Assembly (NCBI GenBank): GCA_035084275.1
Contig: CM068755.1
Span: forward strand, 12,524,001-12,588,000
Length of the DNA stretch: 64,000 nucleotides
Source: Hydrolagus colliei
Lineage: Eukaryota
Direction of reading: 5' to 3'
The position numbers and the translations under genes are program-made. This document shows, piece by piece, positions 12,940-24,305 of this stretch (positions are counted from its first letter, which is position 1; every line of letters begins with the position of its first letter). Below the pieces are notes generated by a model that was given only the letters and a program-made list of their open reading frames with translations, had not been told where the DNA came from and ran no database searches.

Positions 12940-13225
12940 AAGAGGAAAACCTGTTCGATCAGAATGTTTTCAAAATTAGGTGTGATTCGTAGCAAGATAA
13001 ATAGTAAAAGACTGTTTCCATTGGCCTGGCAGGGTCAGCCATACAGTTAGGTACATAAACTGTGGATCAACACCTGAAGCAAAAGAGGAAGGCCATGAGA
13101 TTTTAATGCACAGAGGGTTGTTTGAACATGAAATATTTTACCAGAAATGGCCACTGAAGTTGAGTGCATCTGGGTTCACAGTCTGGAGAGTATACTTGAG
13201 TAACAAAGGAAGGTGTTGTGGTCAA
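12940..13225 (+). mobile_element. CR1-clade LINE ORF2 C-terminal fragment
   Basis: Degenerate RG....VFKI, RLFPL, QRVV...ILPE.A.E and YL..KG motifs occur in the expected order. Confidence 0.65.
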
Positions 13226-14109
13226 TATTTCTGCACAACGAGTACTTTCTCCTGTATGATAAACCATCCCTTGTTTTTGGCATTTAAGGACACGTTGCAG
13301 GATGTTGGAGTATTGAGAAGTGCCCAGTCTTTATTGCAAAACATATTCCTTTGTTAATATGCTGCAAGACACTTTGTGAATCCGATTCCTAAATTGTGCG
13401 CTGATATTACTTTTGACATTGCTGCATTATAACACTTCAATCAATGTTAGATTTAACAGTCAGCGCGTCATTAAACACCTGATGAAATTGGAAGACCTCC
13501 AAAATGCTCATTACCTATTACACAATAATAATAACAGATTGGGTCCAATTTCCCCTTGTTCATCAAAACTATTGCTATCTGCGCCAATAGCATTTGCACG
13601 AGATGGTAGCACACCAATTCAGCTAGCGCAGCAATGCTTAGGACTATTTTACAATTAGTATTTCAAAAACAATGTGACATAATGCTGTTCAGATTATCGG
13701 ATACAAGGCAGAGGGGCAAACACTGTGAATCAGTGGTTGAGCTCTGATGCCATCCATCAACTGCTCATGTTGTGATTCACTTTATGATATCATCTGAACT
13801 CCCAGATTTGAATTCCGTGCTCATGATTCTTACCAACTTCTTACCCATCCATCTGAATATCCCAATCACGCTCCTTGTCTACCAAGAAACATAAGAAGGT
13901 CAATTTTGTAATCCCTGAATACAAAATCCTGAAGTGAGTGGTGCCAACTCTCACTGAAACTTGATTTGGAAAAATAAATCTAGTCCAATTTTTGGAGAAG
14001 AGTTCCATTGAATCCTGTGATGGCATTTAAACAATTGTAAACAGACCCGCTTGGATCTCTTAATTAAGAATTATCAATACGAAATACCACAAAATTGGCC
14101 CCGTAATTA

Positions 14110-14220
14110 CTTGCTTGCAGATAGCACTTTCAGCTCCTACCCCCAAACCTTTCGAACACCCTCTGTCTCCTTTCCCACCCACCCACTCCTCTGCTCTATT
14201 TTTAAATCTTAAACCTCTTT
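14110..14220 (+). mobile_element. Possible L2 3' fragment
   Basis: C-rich segment GCACTTTCAGCTCCTACCCCCAAACCTTTCGAACACCCTC...TTTAAATCTTAAACC resembles the AFS..P.LWN.LP...FK..LK region. Confidence 0.4.
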
Positions 14221-15099
14221 AGGTGATTGCCCCCGTTTTGCTGTGATATCGCAGATTCTGCTGTGATTCTGTCATCAATACTGGTAAACGATTCTCCCCT
14301 AAGTCTAGTGGTAGGGATTGCATACATGCGAAACCTCCTCCCAGCGAAAATATATTTCATTTATTTCACATTTAAACCAGCTCATTGTTTTGAACTATGG
14401 ACATTAGTATGAGGAATGGATGTCTAAAGCAAGCACCATGGAAGCTTTTAACATTTTTAATTTTTTATTTTTTGTAAAAATAAATTATCTTGATTAATAA
14501 CCAGATCACGATCCCCACAGGAACTGGAGGCCGATTCTAAATAATTATTGTTCATATATATTTCTCGAAATTGACACAAAAATTCATTGGTCAAATTTAG
14601 GATTAGTTCCAACCTTGTTTTTAACTTATACATGCAATGAGAGAGCTTCTATTTGCATGCAAATAATCAATTTGGTTGAAATATGTAGACACCTATCACT
14701 TCTCCTCTAGCTCTTATGTGTACTATATATATAGCATATTATTTATCTATATAGAGTGTGTATAAAATGTATGTACAGTATATCTTTATGGTCTCGACAT
14801 GATCAGCCAAGTCCAAAAGTGTATGCAAACATAGCGTTCATACAAATAGTAGTTGAATGTGCACAGTGTGTGTTATATGTATTATGTAAAAGGGAAGTCG
14901 TATCCCTTAAATGTATTAGCATGCTACAGTTTTCTTTCTACGCAGCTACAGCTCATCACTGACTAAACAAAGTGAGCAGAATTTTGATTACACATATCAC
15001 CATTCCTAATGTGCATGCCAGTCTCTTTACTGTTTTGAATTTAAAGGCGAAAGGATAGTCACTTCCAGCCCTTATGTTGTATTTCCTAAATTTATATGA

Positions 15100-15660
15100 T
15101 CTGTCACATCTGCTATTAGCACATTCTGCTGGAATGACAGCCGTATTTTCTTACAGCTGGATTGGTAAGATGCTCTTACCCTCAGAAGATTCGCTCACAT
15201 TAACTGGTGAGTTGAATGCATTGTGTGAACAATGGAAGTCTGTCAGCACAGACAGCAGGGCACAAATGTATGATCTCAGCACTGACAGTGAGGGTCTCTA
15301 AGGGTAAACTGCTTTGCTGGAACTAATTAAACATATGAAATTATTACAAGAATATGCAGATGTTGTTTACATTTTACCATATGCTATTCTGCCAGGTAAT
15401 AACTTGAGGAAGGAAGATACCCCTATCAAGAGGAAATGGTCTGAAGCAAAGACTCCAGGTGTCACCTCTGAGCTGCGAGGCTGACGATAAATTTGACAGA
15501 ATCTGCCTGTGCAAAAAAAAATAGCAGCTTTCTGCTTTGCATTAGTTATTTATTTTGACAGGCCCTGTTGTTAAACACGTTTCATTACCTTTAATTTCTA
15601 CCTTTCATATATTACATGCTGTCAATCGAAGGTGTTTCAATTTAATCAGACAAACTTTGA
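15100..15660. promoter_or_regulatory. Candidate enhancer/CNE with a TALE (MEIS/PREP/TGIF) site cluster
   Basis: TGACAG/CTGTCA at 15101, 15135, 15240, 15283, 15494, 15556 and 15619, plus SOX-type AACAATGG (~15228) and TAATTA (~15324). No TE is recognised in the block. Confidence 0.55.
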
Positions 15661-16867
15661 TTACACGCACTTTCCTGAATATTAATATTAACGCTAAGCA
15701 CTAAAGCAGTATCATAATTTTTTTTAGAATTTACAAACTGTTAATGAACAAATTATCATTTAATTTGGACAAAGTATATGGAGTGTTGAGGGATTGTTTT
15801 AATTATAGACTAGTTAGTAACTAGACTTTTTCAAGTCAATCCTTGACTCCAGGAAACAAAAGCTTGCATTTGGGGTAATGATTTAAAATTATTCAAAAAC
15901 TCCTGAATCCTTTTCTCATGGATGTCAATTAGCTTTCATAATTGTGAAAGTAAATGATGAAGAAGCACATTAGAAAACATGAACTGAAAAATGGGATCTT
16001 GACCCATCGAGTCCATCCCCCATTCTCCCCCCTCCCCGCCATACAAATCAAATACATCAGTGACTTCAAACTCTGTTCCTGATCCTAGCATCACAGAAAT
16101 CATTGTGTCTCAGTGCAACCAGTCAATGTCTTCATTAACAACTGGTCTGCAGATGTGACAACATCACTTTCTTCCACCCACCCCCCATATTCTGTTGTAA
16201 TGGTTGAGCTCAAACCATGTCATGCTATGCAGTGAACTGCTGGTTTATTGATTGGAGAGTCAGTTGGTAGGATACCAGCTCAACTTTTGCTGTTGTTGTT
16301 GGTTTGTTAAGTCAGTTCCCACAGTCCAACATACAACCCAGTCCAGCTTCGGGCCCAACCATTGTGACTGAGCTGGTGGAGTGGGGGAGGACATACCCAT
16401 GGCCTAGTCAATAATTAAGACATTCTGAAGAGTGCATAAATTACCACATCACAAGTCACAATTTGTAATCTTTCATGTAACCTACTACGTCTCTATTAAA
16501 TACATTTGGAAGAAAATAAAAGCCTTTTTTTGTGTGTGTCCTTTTTACTAACTCCATATGCTCAAGCATTGGCTAATCTCAGTCTTTAGCTTCTTCTGAA
16601 GAACTATGTAGTGTTCATGCAGATGAGTGAACCCTCAGATAACTCTCTGTAGTACCAATATAAGAAATCAAACAGGTTTCTTCAAATAGCAGTAAGCATG
16701 ATAACTTTATTAAAGGTATCAGGAGTCCAACTCTGTTCTTCTGAAAATTTGTACTTCCCTCGATTTGCTGTTTATCACAGGAAACATGGAGGGAGATTGG
16801 TTTGAGTCATTCATGGTTTCATTCCTACCTGTCTCAATGCCAACACTATCTATGGAATCCTATATCT

Positions 16868-17168
16868 TAGTGTTTACAGCACTTGCCTCGTAAACTAGAG
16901 ACCTGGGTTCAATTCCCGGCAGGGCGAAACCTTGGGCAAGTTTCCTTACTCCACATGCTTGATAATAATCCCTCAGGGGGAAAACAAATTGGTCACTTCA
17001 ATCCACGACTGATTGTGGGACTCTGCTGCTCTGCTGTGCACAATTGGCTACCATGTTTCGCCTTCAAATATACAGTCAATTAAATTTACAATATATTCTG
17101 TGAAATGCTTTGAGACGTCTAGAAGATGTGAAAAGCGCTATATCAAATGCAAGGATTATTACTATTAT
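16868..17168 (+). mobile_element. Near full-length tRNA-derived SINE (SINE2 family of cartilaginous fish)
   Basis: Pol III B-box GGTTCAATTCC (~16906), a body shared with the copies at 3674 and 50561, and an L2-type tail TGTGAAATGCTTTGAGACGTC...GAAAAGCGCTATATCAAATGCAAGGATTATTACTATTA. Confidence 0.92.
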
Positions 17169-17227
17169 ACTATTTATCCTGCTTCATGTCCATGCTTGCA
17201 AGGTTACCTCTGACTTCTTTATATTCT

Positions 17228-17385
17228 CCTATTTCACATCTACATCTTACTCATTGGCAACATTATTTGCAAGCAAGAGTTGGTAAGCTTCCATATATCT
17301 GATGATCATAACTACAGTACATCAATCTCTCTACCATCATCCTTGAAGCTATTCTGACTGACAGTCTACCTGACATCAACCTCCT
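17228..17385 (+). mobile_element. Decayed L2 RT fragment
   Basis: FHIYILLIGNIICKQELVSFHISDD corresponds to the L2 F.IYMLPLGDIIR.HGV.FH.YADD region also seen at 4240 and 61480. Confidence 0.65.
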
Positions 17386-19401
17386 TCACTTCATTTTCGA
17401 GAGGAGTCTCTCATCCATTACTTTATCAATGGCCTTTTGGAAATCCAGATATTGTACATGGTTACACAATTGGTGTTTGCTATGAATACCTCAATTATTC
17501 AGACCATAGACAAAGTAGAAGCATTTCCCATTCTAAACACACTCTGTCAAGATTCACAATTAGTTAATCAACCTCTAAAGTTAAAATCATTAATTTGTTC
17601 ATAATCTTGACATTCAGTGTATACTTTTCAATATAGAATGTGCAACAAAATATAAAATGTGTAAAAAAACATAATTGCATACTATTTTTGGAATTGTTTT
17701 GGGTTGCAGGGCAATTCATAAGATTGTAAATCAAAATACCTATTGATAGGTAAAATGCATAATCATATCGGCAAATGGAATGAATTTATTTTTGTGAAGC
17801 AAAATCAGGCATAGATTCATAAAAAAAGATTCAGTCCCTACCAGCTAAAGCTACAATGTTGAGGTTAGCAGTATAAAAAAAGAGCCTTATTAAGAATAAG
17901 AATGCATTAAAACAAAGAACCTTTTGCATATTCCTTTCCCTATCCTATTAGGCACTCTAGATTATTGTCCCTTTGATTTTAAAATTATGCAGAAAGTGCC
18001 ATCCTAAAGGTTACTGAACTGTTTGACTCTCATGCTGTTTGGAACCGGCTGTCTTTAATGAACCAGACAGCCTACTATTGAAAGTGATGCCCACCTCTAA
18101 CCTTTTTAGTACTAGTGCTCCCCTCCTCTCGGGTTAGTATTCAGCTGAGGGGTACGACAATTTGGCAGAAGTTTTCAGACTAGTTGGCAGCCAGTTGATC
18201 CCTGGGAGTTTTCAGATGACATCTCTCTCAAACAGTCTGAACAGAGGTCAGTGGCAGCCCTGACTCCCAGGCTCCAACTCCCAAACTGTGTCACAAGTCA
18301 TGACCAATATAAATTGAAATTTTAAAGCTTCACAGTGAAGGTTTCCCTTCCCTCAATACTTCCCGGGTGAAAGACTCGGTTCCAATTTTAGGCTTATTGT
18401 AAGCATTTAGAGATGTTCAATCTTTCAAATGGTTGAGTTTATCGGTTTTCTGAAGAGCATTTAGCTAGCATACGTGCATTTTCACAAAGGTAGTTTTTGA
18501 AGGTTAGATGCTAATGCTGTTTCTGTGAGTGTGAAGTCCATGGTTCATAAGATATTTGAATTGTTTTATAATGAAGGAAATAACCCTTTGAGCATAACTG
18601 ATGCTGATATTTAGCATGATGGCAGAAACCATTACAGTGTGCTCAATCTTCAGGTTTCCTGAGACCACTCAAAATAAATTAGCTTAACAGTTGTATATGA
18701 GCAGCGTGTTTTGATAAGCAATAGTCTCAAATATAATACAACAAGTTAGGTGAAATACATTTTCCTCTCACACAGAAATTCTCAAAGGCGCTTATAACAA
18801 TAAAATAGAGACATATGTTGTCATTCGTATAATTTGATTTTCCACAGCTTTATTGAGATATTAATGATGTATTCTTAAGGTGAGTATGGAACAAATTTTT
18901 TTATATACACTATTATGTTTTTTTTGCTTTAATAGCAACAATAGCAATAATAGGAATTCTGCAATCTGGACTGCACTTTCAAATGTAAAGGAAATGAATT
19001 CTCTATGTTAGTTGTGTAACACTGAGGCTAAGAGAACTAAACTATACTGGTAATGCATGTAATTATTAACAAATATATGGATATTGCATATACCTATGCA
19101 AATGTCGGCCTATAAGTGCTGTCAATTATTACGGTACAAATTTACAATGGAAGTAAGTAGCCGTTTGGTAATTTAAACAAGAATAGGATATTTAAGTACA
19201 GTCATTTATATTCTGGATTTAACATGTGAAAAAGCAAGTCATCTCAGAAAAATGAAGGAAAATAAATAGATTAGTAGATGTACTTTATACATTATACTGT
19301 ACTCACTTGAATGTGTCTTTCATAATTTCACTGGTCACCTTTCCAGCAGAGAACACATGCTGAATTACTACAATAAATAATCCAGACATTCCTGATGCAA
19401 T

Positions 19402-19448
19402 ATAATAATATATTTAATAATAAACCTTGCATTTGATATTATGCACTT
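19402..19448 (-). mobile_element. SINE tail remnant
   Basis: The reverse complement reads ATATCAAATGCAAGGTTTATTATTA. Confidence 0.6.
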
Positions 19449-21079
19449 ATTCCTTCCACAAATTTTGGGGTGTTCACCTTTGATTACAATGCATCACTAA
19501 ACATACTGGGCTACGTTATGTTCAAGGGAGAAGTCTTGGACCAGGTATTATTGAATATTGCATCCTATCAGGAATTGTACCCACATGACCAGCTGATCCG
19601 ATTGTTAACATTGAATCTGCTATCTGCAAGTTCTAAACATCTGTAAAAATCTTAACAAGAATAGGTAAGCTATACAATTGTGATGCATAGTAGTTAAAAA
19701 CCAGAGTACAGTAGTTAGTTAAATAAATACTAAAAAATAATATTATTAAACTAACTCTCTTCAATAGAATTGAAACAACATTCACTATCTATCAAATCTA
19801 AGTATTAATTTCTACATCACTTCAATTATTACATAGCTTTTATTTTATAAATGGCATGAATTGTATTTCAAATGAGCAATTTTAATACATTGCTACCTTT
19901 TATGAATGCAAATGCACAATTTGTACTTATTTCAAAACACCTTAACTAATTTGGTGAGGGGTTTTAGGAATATTGCACATAAATTACATTGATGAGAAAC
20001 AAGCTGATAGTTTTGTAGAATAACAGCTCTCCGCACATTTTCATGTTTCAAATTGATTTAAGCATAGCTCAGTTTGACAAGGCAATGTGCTCCACAAGTC
20101 ACTTAAACTTGATTTAATAGGCGACATGGGTTGGGAAATGTACAACTCTTTACATGTTGGACATCTGAAGTAAATGCAAGCGTCACTCTTGGATGTGATA
20201 AAGTAATCTTAAGCCAGGCTCAGCCTGCCACATCGGGCCTAAAGGGATTTGATGTGGTGTCAGAACCTTTGGCTTGTGGGTCACTTTCTGTTCTTGCTTC
20301 CTTTATGACAAAAGCAGGCTTTTGTCTTGTGTATTCGTCACTGATGTTGCACATAGGCTTTTTTTTCCTGCCTTCAGAAACATTTTCATTAAAGGTGAAG
20401 CTCTGAAGTATCTGAGACAGACTGTATAAGTTAAAATCCAGAGCCTCTTATGCAGGCTGATTGAAATCACTACAGCTCCATAGCTGTGTCAGGGCCGTCA
20501 TATCTCAAAAAGACATAAAACACATGGAAACATCAATAAGAAACAAGCTACTGACAGCTCGGAGACATGCCAGTTGATGATAGGAGAAAGGGGGAAGGTT
20601 ATGGCTCAAGGGGGAATTTTAAAATGCCTAACAGCCAGTCGAAGTGTCTACAGACTTCAGGGAGGCTGACGAACACAAGATAAAGTCTATCAGGTTATCA
20701 CCTGTTCGAGCAGGAACCCAGACAGCAAGGCCGCAGGGACCAAGGATGACACATGAACCATTTTATTTGCAAAATATATCAGAGAAGAGGCCCCATACAG
20801 TAAGGTTGCCTTGACAGCTCTTATGCCAAGTCAGATAAAAGAAAATGTTAAAGAGGAAGATGAGCAGCATGTTACAGTGAAGGAATTCTGCTTCCAGCTA
20901 TGGTTTACAGATGGAAAAAAAAACTTATCAAAATGTCTTTAATTCTACCAATGTATAAGTAGAATTATTCTCGTGTCAAGATCAGAGATGCTTTAAATTA
21001 ATATGTTTTTATTTGATTGTGACAACAGTTAAAAATAATCTTTTGAAAGATTTGGCCAATTGAATTGAGGGAGAATTCT

Positions 21080-21140
21080 AGGAATGAGTCTAATGAAATG
21101 TTTTAAATGGCATTCATCTTCACCAAGGAAAAATTCAGGT
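21080..21140 (+). repeat. Dispersed direct repeat, copy 1 (copy 2 at 22948-23008)
   Basis: AGGAATGAGTCTAATGAAATGTTT(T/A)AAATGGCA is shared almost exactly, followed by AAGGAAAAA.T.AG. Confidence 0.9.
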
Positions 21141-21363
21141 GAAATTAATTTTTTTCTTAAGAAATTAACTTTCACCTTTCCCCCCAAAACAGATATTTAT
21201 CTAGAACATTTTTTTTAATGGTACTTACTTGTGGGTTGGTTTTATTCAAAAGTATGACGTACACTGAGAAGTGTGATTATTTGTCATATCCTCAAAGACA
21301 GTGTTGTGGACCCAGCATCTCACAGTGGGTAAACTTCATGAGTGAAATTTTGGTATCAATATC

Positions 21364-21512
21364 AGCACCTTGGAACGTCCTCCCGATATGAAAGGAGCTC
21401 TATAAATGTGATTTTGTTGTTGTTGTTGTAAACATTAGGTCATCAGTGCATTGTGCCGATTTTAAGTGAATGAAGTGAAAGGCGCTCTATAAATGTAATT
21501 TTGTTGTTGCTG
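21364..21512 (+). mobile_element. Two tandem tail-only retroposon 3' ends with (TTG)n
   Basis: TGAAAGG(A/C)GCTCTATAAATGT(G/A)ATTTTGTTGTTG occurs at ~21389 and ~21476. Confidence 0.8.
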
Positions 21513-22094
21513 AAGCTTGGGTGATAAAAAGTGTAACTCAATGGGTAGAAGAGGAATTTATGCAACTTGATATTTTCTTTGCCCAAAACCAGGTGCATGA
21601 TGATGGGATGCTGGCAGTTTGTAGTCTTATCATCTTGGTCACCAAGCAAAATTCACGATTATTCAAGTGGAATGCAAATGCAAGGATTAATAAAACAAAA
21701 TGGTAACTTGATTATTAAAGTGTCTAATGTAAAGCTATTGTACCATAATAAGTTCAAAATTTCAGCTAGTTAATTAAATTTACAGGTTTTTTTTGTTATA
21801 TAAGAAAAAGTCTAACTTGCCTTGCAGCAGCAATACCTATTAGATATGAAAGCTATCTGATGCGAGAAATCCTGTAGAATTTTAGCAATTTTAGAAATTA
21901 AGCAAATTAACTCTATACAATGCGGGCAAAGATGTGAAAAAAAAGTATTTTATTTGATCTGCCGTTATAGTAAAAAGATGTTCACCATCTTATTAGTCCT
22001 TAGGGAATTGTGCTCGACTTCACATTGTATCCCATCATTGTCAATGAGTTTGAGAATGTCACGACAGACATCCTCTCATCTACCAATGGCCTAA

Positions 22095-22250
22095 AAATAC
22101 ACAGTCACTACACTTTCCAGTGCTTCGGGACATCCTTCCGACATAAAAGGTACTATACAAATGTAATTCTGTTATTGTTGTTGGCGAAGCACTTTGTCAC
22201 TTCTGGTGTGCAAGGTGTTACATCGAATGCAAGGAATAATATTATTATTT
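22095..22250 (+). mobile_element. Two adjacent SINE/LINE 3' tails, (TTG)n type then (TTA)n type
   Basis: ACAGTCACTACACTT...AAAAGGTACTATACAAATGTAATTCTGTTATTGTTGTTG, then AAGCACTTTG...ATCGAATGCAAGGAATAATATTATTATT. Confidence 0.7.
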
Positions 22251-22947
22251 AAAAAAACAAGTCAATTAAGAAAGATAACTGCCTAGCACTTTGTATGGGT
22301 TGCAAGCATGCATTTGCCCCAATTATGATTTCCTTATCAAGGCTATGTCTGCATTTACCCTTCCTTAATATTAAGATTTATATGGCAATATTAATCTGCC
22401 ATGATTCTAAATGACGCAGAACCAACAGCATTCCTGGTACTTAATCCAGTCTTTATTAATCCAGAATCATAATAGTTACCGAAGCTTTATTTCAAAATTC
22501 TTTACAAACATGAATAGTTGGATAGCATGCCAGTAATATTATTTAACACTCCACCTCTATGTGTGGAACTGTCTGCTGCAAATAGCATTACTTGAAGCTT
22601 TCATTTTCAATGGGCAAACCTGAATGCTATAGTTAGTCATCCTTTGCTTCAACATCCAGGGCCGCTGAAGGCTTTTTTGAGAAAACAGGTAATCTGTTGC
22701 CTGGTGCCTGTTGGTAAGAACAAACATTTTTGTGGTCTCAACAAATTTAAGGAGACTTGCTACATTTCTCTATTGGTTCTAATCCCACCGAACAAGAAAA
22801 TCCTAGGTCACTCGTCTCATCAGTTCTGCAAATGTGCATCTGTGTGTAAGTGAAATACAATACAGTACTTCATGAAGTGTAGCTTACAAATATGGCAACT
22901 AAAAATTCGGGTTGATTTGGCATGTCTGGTGTTGTATTTAATTGTTA

Positions 22948-23008
22948 AGGAATGAGTCTAATGAAATGTTTAAAATGGCACGCGTTTTCCTAAAGGAAAA
23001 ACTGAGAT
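22948..23008 (+). repeat. Dispersed direct repeat, copy 2
   Basis: Matches 21080-21140. Confidence 0.9.
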
Positions 23009-23884
23009 TTGCAACTCCCATATGCAATTTTATGCATGATTTGGGAAGCTTAAAAGAATTCCTAATTCCATAGATTTCTTCATATATGACTAAGCTCTCT
23101 TTGGAGACTGGAACAGTTCATATTCATCTAATAATTATGCTAACAGCTATCAGAACTTCTCATTAGAAATAGTCCCACTATCTCAGCATCCTGCTGGATA
23201 GGATTAATGTAGTTCTTCATTTGAGGTACCCATTGGAAGCTACCATGGGAGGAATAGTTCTCATCATATACCAGCAGAGAATAAAATGGATGTGGCGGGC
23301 TCCAGACAGATTTGTAATTTATTTCAGTCTTTTCATTTCAAGATATGAAGTTCAAAATGAGCTTTCGTTCCTAATTTCTATGTTATAATACTTGCTCATC
23401 TAGCTTCTAATGTTAAACTATTATTGTTCTGTGCTTAAGCAAACTGAATTAAACCACTTGAATGTATGATGTATAAAAATTAAGGCAGTCTCCACACTGC
23501 TTCATCATTATCCTGTCCAGTTTAATGTTCAGGGAATTCGATAGATTTAATAAAAGATATTAAGAACAGCACAAAAGGGATTTGTCACAAATGCAATTTA
23601 TTAGTTCATAAAAAATATGCTATAATAAATGCAGGGAAAATTTAAAATATAACTAGAATTTTCTAGGAGGTAAAAATAATTTAAACTGCATTGGAACACC
23701 ACAGTAGTCTAATTCCATTTATTCCAGATACAGTATTTATTCTATCTATTAACATCGATGAATTTCCAAAGTACCAAGGTATTGTGTTTGTTATTATCTA
23801 ATTCCACTCATTTTATTGTGATTGATACATTTTTAAACTTTTGTCTTAAATAATATCAAATCACAAATAGCATGGCCATGATTG

Positions 23885-24017
23885 CTAAATACCTGTTAGG
23901 TAAGGGTATCAAGGGATATGGGGCAAGGGTGGATAATTGGAGTTGAGGTACAGATGAGCCATGGTTATAGAACGGCGGAACAGGCTTGAAGGGCTAATTG
24001 GTGTACTCCTGTTTCTA
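23885..24017 (+). mobile_element. CR1-clade LINE 3' end (shark HER1-like)
   Basis: GGTAAGGGTATCAAGGGATATGGGGCAAGGGTGG...TGGAGTTGAGGTACAGATGAGCCATG...GAACGGCGGAACAGGCTTGAAGGGCT...TACTCCTGTTTCTA is the characteristic chondrichthyan CR1 3' terminus. Confidence 0.85.
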
Positions 24018-24109
24018 AATATATAGATGCATATGTATATACATCTATATAGTTAGGTTTACTTTGTAAACCTCAATCATTAAGCCACTTCAACACAATT
24101 TTGAAAAGT

Positions 24110-24305
24110 CACCCTTCTTTTTTTTTGACTAACTTTGGGATCTCAGATGTCCATTTCAACAGGCTCAGTTTAACATTTCAATCAAAGTACGGCACCTTTA
24201 GCAATGCAACAACCCCCAGCACTGCATTGGATCGCCAGCCTAGACTTTGAGTTCCAAGGCCTGACAACTTTCTGACACAGAGGCAAGAGTGCGTCCAGTT
24301 GGGCA
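24110..24305 (-). mobile_element. DeuSINE (SacSINE1-like) 5' half
   Basis: The reverse complement reads GCACTCTTGCCTCTGTGTCAGAAAGTTGT...TAGGCTGGCGATCCAATGCAGTGCTGGGGG...GGTGCCGTAC...GTTAAACTGAG. Confidence 0.75.

Noticed and set aside
16868-16925. tRNA gene (B-box GGTTCAATTCC)
   Set aside because: It is 5'-truncated, lacks a full cloverleaf, and runs directly into a SINE body and tail, so it is a SINE head.
24020-24051. TATATAGATG...CATCTATATA hairpin
   Set aside because: Low-complexity AT/RY sequence next to a CR1 tail; such palindromes arise readily by slippage.
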